Shown here piece by piece: positions 12,535-26,529 of a stretch of 64,000 nt of DNA. Under the pieces are notes generated by a model that saw only the letters and a list, made by a program, of their open reading frames with translations, was not told the origin of the DNA and searched no databases. Origin of the DNA: Podarcis filfolensis. Lineage: Eukaryota. Each line of letters begins with the position of its first letter. The first letter of the stretch is position 1. The stretch lies in NCBI GenBank assembly GCA_964270895.1, contig OZ185436.1. The stretch is one strand, 5' to 3'. A program made the translations under genes and the position numbers.

Positions 12535-14820
12535 GTATGTATGTGCAACAGCTTGCTCCCATCATCTAGGTTTTAAAAAAATCTCCCCTGTAAATATTTG
12601 CTGTCATTGGCTAGACATAGGATCAAAGGTGAATCTGCTTCTGCACTTGTTTCTGCTTCTGGAGGCCCACCTCACTTAGACTCTACATGACCTCAGATCT
12701 TCGGGTTTAAAAATGCTTTCATTTTAAGAGCAAGTTGACATGAAAGGAATTATATTAATTTCTTCCAATTTTCTGCCATTCAGACTCCTTTCAAAGAGCA
12801 CGGCCTTCTTAATTATGTTTGTTTTTGTTAGCCTCTTCCTATTATCCTCGGATATTGTGCAGATCAGGAGTAACACAGCTATGTTAAAGTCTGGAGGCTG
12901 AATGGAATGTTGTTCTAGTTGCCTGTAGGAACAAGCGAAGAGAGGATAGTTTGCAATCTTTGCAATGCTCATTTGGTGGAAGCTGTTAAAAGAATACGGT
13001 CTGTTTATAGTCTTCATCTGACAACTCGGCACATAGTTACATTTTTACTGTTCCTCAGTGTTATCAGTTAGCTTCCTCTGTGAGATCTTTTGATCCACAA
13101 TAAGAGAAAGAGACATTTAAAAAAATAATACAAAAATTAGATTGCACAGTGTGTATGGGTGTAGGATATATAATAATGTTACAAGACTTGGAAAAACATA
13201 GGCTATAATCTTATGATACATACTGTGTTACGAATAAATATTTAAGACAAGCTTCATCTGGGAAGGTACATCAATTATAGTGCAATCCTATATGTGTTTA
13301 CTTTGAAATAAACCCAATTAGGTTAGAACCAATGGAACCTACTCTAAGGTGAATGTCTGTGGGATTGCAGCCTTAACATGTTTGAGATCACTACTGTGCT
13401 GGCAATGAGAAATCCTGAATGCAAAATCATGGCGCTAAAGCGCTGTGTACTCTCAACAATAATTTAGCCTTGGCAAAATGCTATTTCCTCTGTATCTTAG
13501 TCATTTAAAAAGTCTCCATTGACCTTGATATAATAGGACTCTTCTACCCTCTTGTGTTTAAAGTTAGCATGTGCTATGGTTGTCATAATTAGAATTTCCA
13601 TGACAACACGTTTTGTGTCTGTGTGCCTAATTCCCTGATATAGGTAACAGTTCCATCAGAAATAAAGCTGTCATATTCACAGAAAAGAGACTAAAAGCAA
13701 CCTGATAAATGTGCTCAGTAAACAAGGTAGTTGTATAGATTCAAAAATAACTTGATGCACATAAAAGCTCTCTTTATATTTACTAGGATTTCTTTAAGCA
13801 TATTATTCAGTAGGTGCACTATTCAACAAAGGAAAGTTATTACAGATAAGGATGACTGAGAATTAAATGTGTTCCTGTCATAGCAACAACATATCTTGAG
13901 TACCTTAAGTAACAGTTCAGCCAATCGGCAAAGTGAATACTGAAACACTTCTAAAAGAAAATGGCTTATGCTAGCACACCTAGAGAGCCATAGAAAGCAT
14001 TAGTTCACTTGAATGAAGCAGCAGTGGTTTGCCAGGTGTTACTCTTGAGCTGCAAAATACTGAAAACCACATTTTTTTTCCAGAGTAGGATGGCATGGCA
14101 ATAAAGAGAAACACCATCTCTTGGTTTGCTTCCTGTTATAACAAGAACATTCTTGCCTATAAGTTGGCAGCTGCTAATAGTTATTAGCATATATAGCACT
14201 AATGTTAGTTTTGTATTGTGGATGCTACGAGTCCATGGAATTGAGGGGGGTCAACTATCTTGCTCCAATATTTAGAGGGGTAGATGTGTTGGTCTGTTGC
14301 AGCAATTGGTCTGTTGTGACACCTTAGACTGACAAATTTAGTATGGTATAAGTTTTTTGTGGGCTAAAGTCCACTTATTTGCGACCCTTTAAGGTGCCCC
14401 AAGTCTCTCATTGCCCCCCCCCAACTTGTCACTGGCATAAATTTTTTAGCCATTAATGTATGTACAAATAGCCCATGCCTTGCCCAGTTTCCCTTAAATA
14501 AAAATGATCCACATTCTAAATTAGTTATGGGCTGGTGTACCACCATAAAGGCTCCTTCTACCTTCACTGCTTCCTTTCTCTGCTTCCAAACTTAGCATTC
14601 GCACCAGGTTTCTTCATAATTCCACATAGCTGATTTCCTTTCCCTGATATGCTTCCCGAACGTGAAATGAACCCTGGGCTGCCTCTTTCGTTGCACTTTC
14701 TGGATCCCAGTTGACTTGGTAGAGACCTCATTCCCTTTCTTCTGTCACATCAAACTTGGCAACACTTTCTCCTACATGTTTTATTCTAGGATCAGCCCTT
14801 CCTCTTGTCCCATTTTGATA

Positions 14821-15153
14821 TAAAGGGAAAGGGACCCCTGACCATTAGGTCCAGTCGCGGATGACTCTGGGGTTGCAGCGCTCATCTCGCTTTATTGGCC
14901 GAGGGAGCCGGCGTGTGGCCAGCATGTCTAAACCGCTTCTGGCGAACCAGAGCAGCGCACGGAAACGCCGTTTACCTTCCCGCTGGAGCTATACCTATTT
15001 ATCTACTTGCACTTCGTGCTTTCGAACTGCTAGGTTGGCAGGAGCAGGAACCGAGCAACAGGAGCTCACCCCGTCACGGGGATTCGAACCGCCGACCTTC
15101 TGATCAGAAAGCCCTAGGCTCTGTGGTTTAATACATGGCACCACCTGCATCCC
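14821..15153 (-). mobile_element. Sauria SINE
   Basis: Reverse complement shows a tRNA-derived head with B box (ggttcgaatcc) and a Bov-B-like ACCTTT tail. Confidence 0.9.
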
Positions 15154-16605
15154 TCCCATTTTAATATAGGTACATACAAATGGAGGGCAGGCATAAGCCC
15201 TCTTCATCTCTGCCCTAAGCTTCCCTTATCAACCTCCAGGCAGTCTACTGATCTGCATCATTGAGAATCCTATAAAACACATCTCTTCTTTACTTCAGTG
15301 GAAGAAAAAGGAAGCCTTAGTGTACATATTGCTGTCAAATAAGGGAAGAGGGATACTTTGGCTTCTACCCTGCCCATACAAGCTGTGTGTGTACAATCAT
15401 ATTTCACTCCGTATTATGTTGTCAGCTTGTGTTTTCTATTGAATCAATGCCTTCTGATTTATTTATTTAGTTTCCTAACCATTTTATTTCAACAACATAT
15501 TTTCCATGAGATTCTAATAATCCATACAATATACTGCAGTGCACCATGAATGACATGCTTGGTGACCTTATTTAATTAATTATTTTATTAAATTAATATA
15601 GACATGATGTCTTTGCATGAATAGTTTCAGTAACATGCTGTGTTTGGTGGGGGGGTGAGGGTGCTGTCATACTACATTTCACTCAATGCCCAGCTTATTG
15701 TCTGCTATGTCCTGCGGGCCTAATTCAGCCTTTATGCTTTCTAGGGTTTGCAGACTCTCATCAGATTCCACCCCCCCCACCTGATATATCAGATTTCCCT
15801 TTTTCTTTTTAAAGTAGAAATATGAGCATGAAGTAGATCCTTGTTGGCATCACTAAGTACTGTAAATTCTGGCTATGTGCCATGTATTTTCTTTTTTCAG
15901 TATTAAATACTGCCAGCTGTTACAAAGCTCCTTTGGGTGTTCATTTGGCACCTCCTCAACCTACTTGGTGCCAGCCAGTTCATTGCTGCCCTTTCATCCA
16001 GCTGCTGTTCTGTGTCGCTATCAATTTCCAAGCTCATTTGAATGAGCATTAAACAAGCTTTTGGTTTGACTCATTGTGCCTCTATCCAGATGCATTCATA
16101 AATTGCTTGTTGGACTCTGTCCAAACACTAGTTTTGTAACACTATTGCACTCCAGCTAATTATCCATTGATTACAAATATTAGTTAAAAATATTTGGGAC
16201 TCAAATTCTTTCTGGCAGGATCTGTGCTTGGCTGGCTTGTTAAGTTAAAATAGTGTTGAAATACTTCTTCGTCGTTGTTTTTCCCATTTGAGATTTCTGA
16301 AGCTGTTTGACAAAAGCAAAATGACAGTGTGAGAAATAGGGCGGCAAGTGGTAAGACAATCGCTCTTGATGTTTTTTTCAGTTCTGAGCTCCAGCCCTCT
16401 GCCCACTTCTAAAATAATCCTAGGATATAGGTTATTAATAAAGCTTCGACAGTTGTGACTATTTTCTGTATAACTTGGTCCGTGTGAGTGTGAATAGTGT
16501 TTGGGTAGATATCCTAAAATCACTCTGACACACCTTTTAAAGCTCTGGTGTGGGCTTGTATGTTGTGCTGCCACCTAATTTGTTTTTTTATGTGTTATAT
16601 TTCAG

Positions 16606-16645
16606 AATGAATTGGATAGGATGAAAGCCCAGTTAGCCATGAAAG
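16606..16645 (+). CDS. TRAIP: TRAIP coding exon 4 (NELDRMKAQLAMK)
   Basis: 40 nt; tttcag| and |gtgagt; phase 0 to 1. Confidence 0.94.
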
Positions 16646-16736
16646 GTGAGTTGAAAAATAGAAGAGGAAGAGGTTTGCCCTTTAGTAAAGTATTTATGTG
16701 TCCCAGTAAAGTATTAACTTTACTGAAGACTTTACT

Positions 16737-17096
16737 GAGATACGGTTGGCACTGTGGTCTAAACTACAGAGCCTAGGGCTTGCCAGTCAGAAGGTCGGCG
16801 GTTCGAATCCCTGCGACGGGGTGAGCTCTCGTTGCTCTGTCCCAGCTTCTGCCAACCTAGCAGTTTGAAAGCACGTCAAAGTGCAAGTAGATAAATAGGT
16901 ACCGCTCCCGCGGGAAGGTAAACAGCGTTTCTGTGCACTGCTCTGGTTTCACCAGAAGCGGCTTAGTCATGCTGGCCACATGACCCAGAAAAACTGTCTG
17001 CGGACAAACGTCGGCTCCCTCGGCCAGTAAAGCGAGATGAGCACCGCAACCCCAGAGTCGTCCGCGACGGGACTTAGCTGTCAGGGGTCCTTTACC
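16737..17096 (+). mobile_element. Sauria SINE
   Basis: A/B boxes, conserved body, ggggtcctttacc tail. Confidence 0.9.
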
Positions 17097-18857
17097 CCCC
17101 CCCTTTTTTTTAAAAAGTATTAACAAGGTTTGCATGATGACTTAAAGCTGTGTTTAAAACTGACTCCAATTCCAAACACATATATACATGAAATGCTTTG
17201 GGTCACTTGTTGACCAGAGTTTAAAGACTCTGCTCAGCCACAGGGATTTGGCATGACACAGTTGAGCTTGGTGAAAAACTTCAGTGAGACTATTCAGATA
17301 AACTTAAGGTAAATGCCTCCTTGTTACGAAACTTGTACCTGGCTAATGTCAGTGGTTTTGTAGTGAAAAAATGCAGAGGTGTTGCATATAATTGAGAAAC
17401 CAAATAGAAGTGGGAAACGGAGGAGGGGAGAGGATTTTGTCAGCTATCTGAATGATGGTCCATGTGTCTGGTTCCTCATGTGATTCCATTTCCCCATTGC
17501 TTTAAAGAGCATTATAACTTTAATTTTAGAAATGCTTTATGGAGACAGTTAAGTGAAAGCCTTGGAGACTTTGTTGATGGCTTTTAAAGCATTGTCTGTA
17601 GGCAGCTGTGAGTCATAGGCAGTGAAGGGAAAATGTCACTCAAAATGAATGACAGAAATTCCAAAACATGAGAATGCAGTAAAGTGAAGAGATTTTAAAT
17701 GAGCAACCAGGGAGGGTTCTTCTGTTTCTAACGAGCTGTCTTTTCCCATTGGACTGTTTGCCTTCCTCTACAATTACAAATTAAGGAGCCAAAAATAAGC
17801 TACATCTCTCCCTGAGATGAACAACTTCCCTCATAGCTTGCATACTGAGACAGGAGCAACTGCTATATCGAACACAAGGGTGGCTTGTAGCACTGTACCT
17901 TGCTTGGTTAAGAAACACATTGAAGCTTTGACACACTTTAGGTGCTCTTTGGAGGGGAATAAAAGGTGATTATCTGCCTAATCAGTTTTGCAGGCCTGCC
18001 ATATCTCTAATATAAATGTGTCTTTTATGAAGTCTTGATGGCCCTGTAACTTTTGCAGATGCACAAACTGGGACAATGTGTTTTGTTCCAGGAATTAAAC
18101 GAAGTATGTTACATTTAAATTTCTTGCTCAGGGCGCAAAGTGTGGTGAAAATAAATAAGTTAGAATAGGAATGTAACAATACAGTAACATAATTGTTCTG
18201 TGTGTCATCGTTGTCTCACTATTCACAGCAACAGCTGAAATCTTGCCTAAGCATGTACCCAACACACAAGGGTTCACACCAAAAACAGAATACAGAAGTC
18301 AGACATCAAAATTTCATGGTTTTGTAAATGTTATGTTTATGAATAATGCTGACTCCCTGCACAGTACTTAGTTGTACCGGAGCTTGTTTTGATGCTTGGG
18401 AGGGTGGGAGCTGATGGCTACCATATTGGCATTGCCAACTGAACAGGTTCTGAAGAGAGCATGCTGTTACTCTTGTTCTAAAGAAACCTTGAAGCTTAGT
18501 AGAGCTTGTAACAAGGATTATTTGAAGTGGCACATGGTTCTTGCAGAACAGATTCAGTAATGGCCATCCAATTGTTCCAAGCAATTTCTAGACCAAAGGT
18601 GGCTAAATTGGATCCCTCCAGAAGTTGCTGGACTACAGCTCCTGTCATTCATGATCATTGGCCACAGTGGCTGGAGCTGATAATAGTTGGAGCCCTAACA
18701 GCAACTGGAGGGCCACAGGTTAGCCACCCCTGTTTTATGCCTTTGAAAGTTCCCCTTGCTTTGCTTGTCGTTCGTCACGTTCCTGCCCCAAGTCCAAAGA
18801 CCTAAAGAACTTGGGGAGATTTGTTTGAAGCACTGTAATTGTGTTTTTTTGTTTCAG

Positions 18858-18985
18858 AGAAGGAGAAACGGGATATCCAAAATATTGTGAATTCACTAAG
18901 GGAGACCCTGGATTTGCGCAATGCCACCATTGAATCACTCCAGAAATCTGTGACTCAGATGACAATGTTGTGTGCTACTCTCAAG
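18858..18985 (+). CDS. TRAIP: TRAIP coding exon 5 (EKEKRDIQNIVNSLRETLDLRNATIESLQKSVTQMTMLCATLK)
   Basis: 128 nt; gtttcag| and |gtatgt; phase 1 to 0. Confidence 0.95.
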
Positions 18986-21900
18986 GTATGTTCAAAATGG
19001 TCTGGGTCTGTACTGTAATATGATAAGATTCTCTTCTAGTTACCATATATCTGAAGGTAAAAAGAAGAAGAAGTGTGAGATTGTGTGTTTGCGTATAAGA
19101 TGCCATCGTACTGTAAAATCATTTAACCTTCCTGATTTCAACCATACACAGTTGAAGGTGAGCTGATTGGAATTGTGGGACTTAAATCCAAGTAAGGTGA
19201 AGTGCTTACAACCCCCTTTTATGCCAGGTTTTCCCAGTGCAGAAAGAGTTTTTAAGCTCTCTGCCTTGGTTGGGGGGCCTAATGTGTGCTCAGTGCACTG
19301 GCTTGCATGGAGGCAGTTTGAGTATACGTGCTTCCATGTATACATTGAACCCTTGAAAATGAGCCGCCACATAGGATGTGATTGTCCTGTATCTTAAATA
19401 CATCTCATGGTATGACTTGAAAGTTTTAATGTACAACATCCAGCATCCTAAGGTAAAAAGTCCTTTTAGACTTAGCAGGAGAGACAAAAGATGAAGCAAG
19501 TATAAACCAGGCAGGTGAGACTTCCATCGTGGAGTACCAGATGATTCTAAATCTAAGGTTTTGGCATTTGCTTCCCTTTGCCTTTATCTTATAAAAGCCC
19601 AAATGCAGGATGTAACACTTTCTTGATTTTGCTGGTTTGGTGTTCGCTCAGGGGTGGGAAAACAGGCTGTTTGGCAGGTGAGGCTGGCTTGGCCCAATCA
19701 CCTGATGTCATGTATGATTTTAGGTGCGATCCAAGTAACTAAACAGCTGGGTCATAAGGACTTCTGAAATGCTTTAGAAACTCTGGGCACAAGTCCCAAC
19801 AATCGGGATTTATGGTGCTTCAGAAGCACTATAAATCAGAAGCCCCACATGCAGTGCTTCTGAAGTGCCAATAGTCAACAGATCATTGGGACTTGAAAGC
19901 ACAGCACTGTACTCCTTACAAGCCTCTTGCAAAGAGCCCATTGTCAGGGCATCAAAGAGTTTCATAGCCTGACGTCAAACTGGCCTAGAGGCGGTAGGGG
20001 ATCAGAAACTGGCCTTCCGGCCAAATGCATTTCCCTACCCTGTGCTAAACTGTCCCTGTAAAAAAGTGACATTCATGCTTATCAAGGGGTTGAAATGGGA
20101 AGAAAGTATGTACGTCACCAGTGTTCTCCACTAGCATGTAAAGGTAGCTGTAGTGAGTCTGGTCTGTTTTGAGAATGAATATCTCCTCCTGCATTGCTTA
20201 GGAATACACCAAGTGGGGTCTGGGAGGGTCCACCTCTGTATGTGTGGATAAATGATATGATATAGATGTGATAAAGAACCTTATAGTTATTCCCTCTCTT
20301 TTCTCTTTCTTTTCTATATCTTGGTTTTTTATTCTTGTTCTGTAGACTAGGCTGATTTTAATGGTATTTTATGCCGAAAATTTTCATTATTTTTTTAAAA
20401 GGAATATGACCTTGGCATCTGCTGAAGACAAATGTTTGTTGATTTGGTTTTAGACTACTAGCCACATCCTCTTCCATCCCATCCAAAAATAATGCCTAAG
20501 TAAATTGACTTTTACCATAATTCCTGATATGATGTCCTCATGAGTGATAGGTCCATGGGTCAAATATTATGCCTTGAGAAAAGAGGCTAAGCTGAAAACA
20601 CAGTTTGGCTGTGTGATAGTGGAAGACATTTTAAGTGAGAACTTCCATGTCAAGATGCGTTTCTGGAAATGATGTGAGTTAGACGGGTTATAACGACTTG
20701 CTTCTGCCTTTTAGATCTCTGTTGATATGAATGCAGTTTTATGAGTTGGCAAGCGGAAAGGGGTTGTTTCTCTTGGTACTCAACAGATGTCGCATTTTAG
20801 GCTGCACTTTTAACGTGACATGATCAGAAGGAAGCTGAGATACACAAATCATTCATGCTATCTTTTCATTGCTCTTCCATATTCTGACTTCTCCCAGGAC
20901 AGTTGATGTTTCAGTGAGGTGTACTTTATTCGCTGCTTTTTCTAATCATGCAGACCCTGCAGCTGCTCTAAGACACTGGGGCTAAGCCTATTAATTATAT
21001 AATCTGAGGCAACCGCACCCCACCCCAGATTTGGAGACAGCTTTCAAACTTTGTATGCATTTTCTGTCTAGAGCTTAGAATTTCTTCCCCATTCTGAAAA
21101 ACAGAATTGCAACTGAAGCTGTCTCCAAGCATGCTATCAATGTGCGGCAAGTGCCAAACGGGTGAGCTTTGCTTTTCCTTCTTGGCTGTGCTGGAGAAAG
21201 CCTCTCTAGCAACAGCAGAAGCTAAATCCACTGTGCCCTTCCTGTTCTGGCCATTAAATGCATTAGCATTACCAGCTAGATGCTGCTGAGGAGTTAAAAA
21301 GCTAAACTGGAAGCGTTGGGAAGAGTTGTAAAAACGGGGGATTAACGAAGACTGGGTGAGCTCTCATCAGCCAGCCAGCATTTTAGGCATTCATTTCTGT
21401 AAGTACATGAGGTAGGGAAGTAGTATGTTGGCAAATACATCTAGAATATTTCACCTTCTGTATGGAGTAAAGCTTAATATCATCTTGTAGATATTCTAGT
21501 CTTTGACCAGTCTTTTCTCTGAAGTATGATCAAACAGCATTGCTTCTTCCCTGGCTTTCAGTTCAGAGGGAAAGTAGGCAGGATCCTTTGAAGTTTGTGC
21601 CAAGCTGACCAACCCAATCAAAGCCTAGAAATCTCAAGTGTATTGAAGGAGGTTTATTTTCTTTAAATCTGCTGAGGAAGCTCCCTAAACACACACTGCA
21701 TTGATCCTGTGCAGGTCACTCTATATTCAAGGAAGCTGTGCATTTTAATATAAGTATAGAAGCTGTTACAATATGATGGTTAAAGGTGGGGTAGACTTTC
21801 GGTGGTGGTCTCATGAGAGCAGAGTAAAATGAAAGGAAGGAATTTGTGAGATATTTTCCTGCTCACAAAAGAGAAATCATGATATTGCACAAGTTTGTTT

Positions 21901-22266
21901 CTACCACGTTGCACTTAACTGTATCATGCATGTGGTCTAATTTATCTACAGATCATGAACAAGTTGCCATGAAGCATTCGTGTGGCACTTTAAAAAAAAA
22001 ATGCATTGCAAGAGTGGAAACAAGAAGTATTTAAGGGGGGGGGATGTTTTTTTCCTGGAATTAAGTACTTCTCTCATTTGTAAGCAATGACCTCAATCTG
22101 TAAATATTATTATTAGATAAGTTATGATCCATGGATATGCCAGACACCTGAAATGTAGACTGTGGGCTATTGAAGTAGCAAGAGCTTTGGAAATGGCTTG
22201 ATGTTAAGTCCAAATTTTGCTTCCATGGGGATTCCTCTTAAACAAAAATAGTGCTTTTTTTCTCAG

Positions 22267-22361
22267 AAACAAATGAAGTATCTGGAGCAACAGCAAGATG
22301 ATGCGAAGAGTGCAAAAGAGGAGGCCCGAAGGCTGAGAAACAGACTGAAAACATTGGAGGG
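22267..22361 (+). CDS. TRAIP: TRAIP coding exon 6 (KQMKYLEQQQDDAKSAKEEARRLRNRLKTLE)
   Basis: 95 nt; tctcag| and |gtgaga; phase 0 to 2. Confidence 0.96.
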
Positions 22362-23628
22362 GTGAGAAAACAAGCTTTGGCTCTGTACATACATCTTCTG
22401 GTTCTGTTAGCAGACTGCTCAGCAACCTCACATTTCTAGAAGACATCATTGGACCAGAAGACCTTTGAGGCCTCTTCCAACTCTGAGTCTGTAACTTTAC
22501 AGTAGAAACACTTATTGAATTTACTCCTGTATTGCACACGTGTTTTGCCAAATATGTTGCAAAAATTAGGGTGTGCATTAGATTCGAGGGCGCATTACAT
22601 TCGAGAAAATACGGTACTTAGGGTTTCAGGGCACACTAGCATGCAGTGTCTTAGGTCTCCCATGACCAAGCCTTCCTCTTGAATTTAATCTTTCTGGGGA
22701 GGGCAAAAGATTTACAGTGATTTGTCAGGGGATACTCTCCCTTCCTTTTTGGTTTAAGGTGGTGGGGGGGGAGAGTGAAGTAAGCAGCAGCAGTAAGAAG
22801 GAGCTGTCAGCCTGCTTGTGTGTAGAGCCTTGGCCACCCTGTTTCCTGGTCTTCTGCTCCCTGAACCCAGTGGCAGTCCTTACTGCACTACTCTGCTCTG
22901 TTCCTCCTTCTCAACTCCTTCATCTCTCCCTCTTGCTCTTTCTTGCTCTCCAGCCCAGATCACGGCTGCTCTCCTTCTTTGTTCCCTTCCTTCCTCTTTT
23001 TCCTTCCTTCCGCCTGTATCCGCCTCTCCTTTCCATTCCGGACACCCTTGAGGGTCAAAGGTTCTGCTCTGCCTTGCACCAGCTAATCAGAGAGAAGGGA
23101 AGAGGGATCAGATGGAAGAAGGAATGTAATGTGCACCTTTCTTTGCCAAATTACATTACAAAAATTAGATTCAATGGCCCATTACATTCGAGTAAATATG
23201 GTAAGTGTTTCCAACATGAGCCTTGCCCCTTTATCATGTGCTTGTCTGATAATAATTGATGCTCAACTTTCTTACAAATGGCCATGCTTCTGAGTTCGTT
23301 TGCTAGAGGAAATTTAATACTGGTAACTCCTGATTTTGTTATTTATAATATTTACATACCATCTAATATGTGAAATCACCAAGTGGTTTACATAAAATAC
23401 AGTAAGATCATTTGGGGTGGGGGGGAATGCAGCAGTATAATTCCCATTCAACTGAAGCACACTAGTGTGCATATGAATCCAGCTATGTTGGGGGGAAAAT
23501 CATTGCTAGTGTGAAATACAGGATGTGTCTCTTCCAGGATTAACTGTTTCTGTGTTTTTATAACATGGACAAGCTGCCACTGAACAAAAAGCAACAACCC
23601 ACCTGTAATCTACCTTCCTTCGTACCAG

Positions 23629-23742
23629 GATTGAGACACTGCTGCAAAGTCAACGTCCCGAGGTAGAAAAGATGATCCGTGAAATGGGAACAGGTCAGGC
23701 TGCAGTGGAACAGCTTGCCGTCTATTGTATCTCACTGAAAAA
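23629..23742 (+). CDS. TRAIP: TRAIP coding exon 7 (IETLLQSQRPEVEKMIREMGTGQAAVEQLAVYCISLK)
   Basis: 114 nt; taccag| and |gtaggt; highly conserved segment. Confidence 0.97.
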
Positions 23743-24723
23743 GTAGGTGTATTAAATGCAGTAGCTTATTGACTTGGATTGGGTTTGTGTGGTACCCCCT
23801 AAAGGAATCGGTGGAAAAGTTAATCACAATAGGTGCTCTGGCAGAACGTTAGTTGCAATGCTAAGCCTTGGTGAATATAATTGAGGTGGCATAGATGGAA
23901 GATTTCAACACTGCAAGTATGCTATTGTTGCATTAGTGACACATCCATTGCTATGGAAACCACCTTCAGAGCTTTGCCAGAGTGCTCAGGAGGTGATTGT
24001 TTGATGAGAACGGAGGGGAGGAATTATTGTCATGATTCTGAGTAAGGCAGCATGGCCCCTGAATATCTCCCTGGTGCTGAGCAGAGTGCTTTACACTGCT
24101 GTGACATTAAGTATGCTGTAGTCGCCAGTCCCTACTGTGTGCACTAGAGGCCTTTTTATTTATACCGTTTATAATTCACAGCTTCTGCAGGCAATGTCAG
24201 ATAGCAAATGGGTAATCACAACTTTTAATAATGAGCTACCAGCGTGAAGTGTACCTGCATTGTAATCAGGAACTTCAGCACTGTTTTATAATCGTATTAA
24301 ATTGCTTTTAGAACCTTGAACTTAAAAATAAAAATCGAATTGTTGCATCTCGTTTCATTAATGAGAATGTAAAATACCGCACACGACTCAAGATTGTTTA
24401 AACATCCTATGCATTTTGACATGGAATATACTCTTCTGCCATTCTGCTGCTTGTCCCGGCCCAAACCAAGTAGTGCTGTCCCCCTGAAAGCATGTTTTCT
24501 CGCCTACACTGTAGTGTATCAGTGTTTTAACACTGTTCAAGTCAGTGTTGGCTTGTTCAGTGCTGTCTTCTCCCTGGAAGTTCTTGTATATATAACAGAA
24601 ACTTCTGCAGGCACTTAAGCTGTGAAACGAAAATCTTCAGTCTAAATTTGGTTACTGGCTTTATCTAAGAGCTGTTTGCTTGAAAGCATGTTCAACAGAT
24701 GGACTAATTTGGGCCCTCTCCAG

Positions 24724-24811
24724 GGAATATGAAAATCTGAAGGAGTCTCAGAAAGCATCAAACGATACAAAAGAGAAGCTGAGAAAGGAGTTGTTTTCTG
24801 CTAATCACAAG
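24724..24811 (+). CDS. TRAIP: TRAIP coding exon 8 (EYENLKESQKASNDTKEKLRKELFSANHK)
   Basis: 88 nt; ctccag| and |gtaaaa; phase 2 to 0. Confidence 0.95.
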
Positions 24812-25355
24812 GTAAAAGATGTGTTGATGCTCCTGCAGACACGTTGCAGAGGTATTTATGTGCAGCTCTTTATCAGTACCGCTACCGAAATAAAGCAAAA
24901 TACGTTTTAATTAGGTATGTATTTGTTTAACACAATTATTGTCCAGGCACTTACATTGACCATGTTGGCAGCTATCTTAAGCTGAGAAGTTCAGCTGTAG
25001 GTTCCGTAAGATTCCTCAATATGTCTGCATAACATTTATTAGTCTGCCTCAGTATTCTTTCTGCTTCTGCATAACAAGAATTGAAAAAAACTTCTAATAA
25101 AGCATTGTGTTATACATATATAACTGCACGAAGACAGTTTATAGTTTTAAAGTCAAAATGCACAACTGTCTCTTGAAAATCCCTCTGGATTAATATCAGG
25201 AAGGGTCTTAATTTGTACTGTAAACACAGGTGTAGGGAGGAAGGGTGGGAGAGGGTTTCTCTCTTGAGAATATACTGGGAATGGCAAGAGTTTATTGTAC
25301 CTTTATTATAAATGCCTACTTACAAGCACACTGAATTACTTTGAGCAAACTAGTA

Positions 25356-25581
25356 CAGTGGTACCTCGGGTTAAGTATTTAATTCATTCCGGAGGTCCGT
25401 TCTTAACCTGAAACTGTTCTTAACCTGAAGCACCACTTTAGCTAATGGGGCCTCCTGCTGCTGCTGCACCACCGGAGCACGATTTCTGTTCTCATCCTGA
25501 AGCAAAGTTCTTAACCCGAGGCACTATTTCTGGGTTAGCAGAGTCTGTAACCTGAAGCGTATGTAACCCGAGGTACCACTG
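25356..25581 (-). mobile_element. Family A MITE
   Basis: TIRs and TA TSD; internal sequence in reverse orientation. Confidence 0.9.
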
Positions 25582-25834
25582 TACCGCTGCCCTCAGCAGC
25601 TTCTCATTGACACCTGAAGAGATGAGCCACATTGGAGCTCCCTCTGCAGGAGCCTTGAAAGAATAAGAATCTGTTTCCATTTAGGACATCTTTATTTACA
25701 ATACACTAAATTATTTTATCCTGAAGTCTAAGAACGTGCATTTGTAAAACATAAACCACTGTAGTTCTTTTGAGCGCTTAGAAGCTTGACGTACTGCTGT
25801 ACTAGACTTCCAACATACGGTTTTAAATCTATAG

Positions 25835-25924
25835 TTACAGAAGACAGTTCTAGAGTTGGAGAAAACAACAGAAGAGGTGAAGAGCACCCAGACTGATCTG
25901 AGAAATGCAGATAATGAGATAATG
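25835..25924 (+). CDS. TRAIP: TRAIP coding exon 9 (LQKTVLELEKTTEEVKSTQTDLRNADNEIM)
   Basis: 90 nt; ctatag| and |gtgaga. Confidence 0.94.
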
Positions 25925-26139
25925 GTGAGAACATTCTTTTAACCTGCTGATAATTATTGTGGCCCTACAGCCTTCGTAGTGTATAGTCCAAATACTGTTC
26001 TAAATTCTACCCTGATTCAAAATGGCTGGGAGGCACCCTCAACTTCAGGATGCCTGTATCTTTGCAAGAGGGGATGTAGAAATCTTGGCTTTTGGTAGGA
26101 TTTCTGACATGTATTAATTGCTGCTCTTTCTTTCCACAG

Positions 26140-26228
26140 AGTTTGAAAAAGAAGATAAGAGTGATGCAAGATACCATTAAAGTGTCATCATTAAGCAATG
26201 AAGCACTTGGCCGGCTTGTCTCTGAAAG
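26140..26228 (+). CDS. TRAIP: TRAIP coding exon 10 (SLKKKIRVMQDTIKVSSLSNEALGRLVSE)
   Basis: 89 nt; ttccacag| and |gttggt; phase 0 to 2. Confidence 0.93.
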
Positions 26229-26529
26229 GTTGGTTTAGAGAAATTCTGTGGATATTGATGTAGCAGAGTTACTGTACCAGAGATTTTGTCCAATATAAGC
26301 ATTGCATACCTTCCTGAGCTGTCCAAAAGCACATCATAAGATGCCTTACATATAGTCAGGCTATTTGTCCAACTAGCCCAGTACTGCCTACTGTGACGGG
26401 GAGTGGCTCTCCAGGGTCTTTCCCACCACCTGCTACCTGACCCTTTTCATTAGAGTTCAGTATTTTGTCATTTGCTACAGCACCATCCATACCAGCTCAG
26501 AATAACACTAGTGCAAGTGTTTCTTCTGC

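Noticed and set aside
22717-23259. 180-aa + strand ORF rich in Leu/Ser/Pro/Phe
   Set aside because: By-product of a CT-rich low-complexity tract inside TRAIP intron 6.
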